Shown: piece after piece, positions 28,398-30,168 of the stretch | Layout of the letters: each line of letters begins with the position of its first letter | How positions within the stretch are numbered: position 1 is the first letter of the stretch | Virus record (IMG/VR): IMGVR_UViG_2778261166_000009 | Coordinates: 1-30,168 of that record | DNA from: a virus | Taxonomy: Duplodnaviria; Heunggongvirae; Uroviricota; Caudoviricetes | Direction: 5' to 3' (one strand) | Length of the DNA stretch: 30,168 bases | Program-made: the position numbers and the translations under genes | Notes under the pieces: generated by a model | Seen by the model: only the letters and a program-made list of their open reading frames with translations | The model's database searches: none | Told to the model about the DNA's origin: nothing

Positions 28398-28730
28398 ATG
28401 AAAAATTTCATTATATTAGCTGTAGGAGCAGCAGTTTCATTCAATGTGTTTGCGGCTGAGGTTGTTTATGTGCCAACAGATACGAAGGCTAGTTACACGA
28501 TTTTAGATAAGACTCGCGACGGCAGCATGGCTACTATAACAACCGAAAGAAAGGGGCCGTCTGGAACATCATATTCAAAGCGGCTGTACGACTGTACTGC
28601 CGGGACAGTTAAATATCTTGGAGACGGTGAGACCATCGAGCAGATGAATAACTCGGCACCAGATCCAAATATGGCCCCTATAGTTGACCGCTCAATTGCA
28701 TACTACATTGGACAAAAAGCCTGTCAGTAA
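28398..28730 (+). CDS. Small secreted/periplasmic protein (cargo gene), two Cys
   Basis: Signal peptide MKNFIILAVGAAVSFNVFAAE; lower GC than the tail genes; own terminator downstream. Confidence 0.55.
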   Translation: MKNFIILAVGAAVSFNVFAAEVVYVPTDTKASYTILDKTRDGSMATITTERKGPSGTSYSKRLYDCTAGTVKYLGDGETIEQMNNSAPDPNMAPIVDRSIAYYIGQKACQ

Positions 28731-28771
28731 CTACGTTCTTATATCGGTTGATATGAATTGAACACACCTTA

Positions 28772-28795
28772 ACCCGCATTGTGCGGGTTTTTTTG
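28772..28795 (+). terminator. Rho-independent terminator
   Basis: ACCCGCA-TTG-TGCGGGT hairpin followed by a run of seven T. Confidence 0.65.
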
Positions 28796-29243
28796 TACCC
28801 ACCACCAGACCGCACAGAACGCTCTCAGCAGGCGGGACAACACTAGGGTAACCACTGCGACACCGCAATAAGATCAAATTCACAGCGACGCTCTGAGGTA
28901 GCCACATGCAGACAAAATAAATCTTTCGCAGACAAAAACGGCACTACACCGCACCCGCCTGCGGTTTCTGGATCGATAAATTTTTTCAGTTTTATTTTTC
29001 TACAAACCAGACTGTCATCTCGCGCCAGCACTGGTGGCTTTGCGGAAAACCCAAACTGAAAAGATTGAAAAGAATTTCAGTGTTTATCAGTTTTTCGTGG
29101 GGATAAGGTTGTTGTGAGTATTCTATCTTTATGATTTATATATATTATTTTTATTTTCTTTGATGTTATATCGAAGTCGTGTTTCAGCCTGATTTATTGA
29201 ACTGATTGATTTTATGGCAATTTACCATATAGATGGCTTGGAT

Positions 29244-29257
29244 TTTATTGCAATAAA
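29244..29257. promoter_or_regulatory. 14-bp perfect palindrome upstream of the DprA-like gene (candidate operator)
   Basis: TTTATTGCAATAAA, about 50 bp upstream of the ATG at 29308, in an extremely AT-rich intergenic tract. Confidence 0.3.
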
Positions 29258-29307
29258 TCATAAAATAGATCATTCAAAAATCAATCATTCTTTATGCTAG
29301 GTATCTT

Positions 29308-30168
29308 ATGGATAGCAAGTTGAATCTTGATGAGGCAGGTAGAATCGCTTGGCAGCATGCAGCACTTGTTTTGAGCAAGAAAATTGGTATCGGTTCTAAA
29401 AAATTTAATGAAGACCTGAAGGTTTTAATTAATCAATTTGGGAATATTGAAAACATTTATCAATATCACTTTGGCATGGTTCCAATCGATCCTGATTTGA
29501 TTCGCGTACTCGATAAAAAATTTTCCAACCTAAATTTTAAGTTTGAAGTATTACAATTTAATGATGAACTATATCCCAACGCATTGAGACAAATTTATGG
29601 GATTCCCCCAATCTATTATTATAGAGGCGATGTCAGTTTGTTGGGGATTGAGGATAGTATCTCTTTTGTTGGGACGCGAAATCTTGATGAAAAAGCGTAT
29701 ATTGAACATGGTGTTGATGTTATAAAAAGATTATTTTCTGCGGGCTATAAGGTCATCGTAAGTGGATTGGCTAAAGGTTCGGATACCCTCGGACATAAAA
29801 CAGCAATAGAATTAGGGGGGCGAACCATTGCTGTATTAGGAACACCTCTTGATGTATCTTATCCAGCGGAAAATAAAGTGTTGCAAAATCAAATAGCAAC
29901 TGAGCATTTAGTAATTACTGAATATCCTATCGGGATTGGTAGTTTTGGAACATACTTCGCAAATAGAAACCTCACTACCGTAAGTTTATCGCACAAAGGA
30001 ATAGTAGTTGCACGTGCTGGTGATAAAAGCGGTACTCAATATGCGATCAAAACTTGTATTGAGCAAGGTAAGCCGGTTTACGTTTTGGAAAATAATATCT
30101 ATGAGCCTGATTTTAAATGGGTAGAAAAATATAAAGATAAAATAAAAGTAATTAGAATGACAAAATAA
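29308..30168 (+). CDS. dprA: Short-form DprA/Smf DNA-processing protein (SAM-like N-domain plus Rossmann-fold domain)
   Basis: Rossmann core VSGLAKGSDTLGHKTAIELGGRTIAVLGTPLDVSYPAENK matches the DprA signature SGxAxGxD...GGxTIAVLG...D..YP.EN; N-terminal GIGSKKF...FGNIENIY resembles the DprA SAM-like domain; stop codon is the last three bases of the window. Confidence 0.8.
   Translation: MDSKLNLDEAGRIAWQHAALVLSKKIGIGSKKFNEDLKVLINQFGNIENIYQYHFGMVPIDPDLIRVLDKKFSNLNFKFEVLQFNDELYPNALRQIYGIPPIYYYRGDVSLLGIEDSISFVGTRNLDEKAYIEHGVDVIKRLFSAGYKVIVSGLAKGSDTLGHKTAIELGGRTIAVLGTPLDVSYPAENKVLQNQIATEHLVITEYPIGIGSFGTYFANRNLTTVSLSHKGIVVARAGDKSGTQYAIKTCIEQGKPVYVLENNIYEPDFKWVEKYKDKIKVIRMTK

Larger units (their letters stand above)
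297..29123. mobile_element. P2/186-like prophage (integrase to tail genes plus terminal cargo); exact ends uncertain
   Basis: Contiguous lysogeny, replication, P2-type head, contractile-tail and lysis genes; an 11-bp repeat at 276-286 and 29113-29123 is a candidate att core. Confidence 0.85.

Noticed and set aside
28843-29031. 62-aa - strand ORF in the intergenic region after the secreted-protein gene
   Set aside because: No convincing start context; the region contains direct repeats (GCAGACAAAA twice) and may be regulatory or an att arm rather than coding.

Overview
The window is almost entirely a P2/186-family (peduovirus-like) temperate prophage on the + strand, roughly 0.3-29 kb. Left to right: integrase and a 186-type CI repressor (- strand); Apl/Cox-like and CII-like regulators; a block of small unknown early genes; a translationally coupled accessory/replication operon (DEDDh exonuclease, ASCH-domain protein, Dam methylase, gpA-like rolling-circle initiator); a LexA-box-controlled small ORF (Tum-like antirepressor candidate); an Ogr/Delta zinc-finger late activator; and the P2-type head module (portal Q and terminase P on -, scaffold O, capsid N, small terminase M, head completion L on +). 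The tail module is not in P2 order: completion proteins, putative sheath and tube, an embedded lysis cassette (holin, M15 endolysin, nested Rz/Rz1), a tail chaperone with a -1 frameshift signal, tape measure, W/J/I-like baseplate proteins, a tail fibre with His-rich HxH repeats, a fibre assembly protein, then three further coupled genes. The right end carries lower-GC cargo: a small secreted protein with its own terminator, then a very AT-rich segment encoding a complete short-form DprA/Smf protein that ends exactly at the window edge. No tRNA, rRNA, CRISPR array or transposase was seen. All calls are from reading motifs, synteny and overlaps by eye; no database search was run, and GC statements are rough hand counts.
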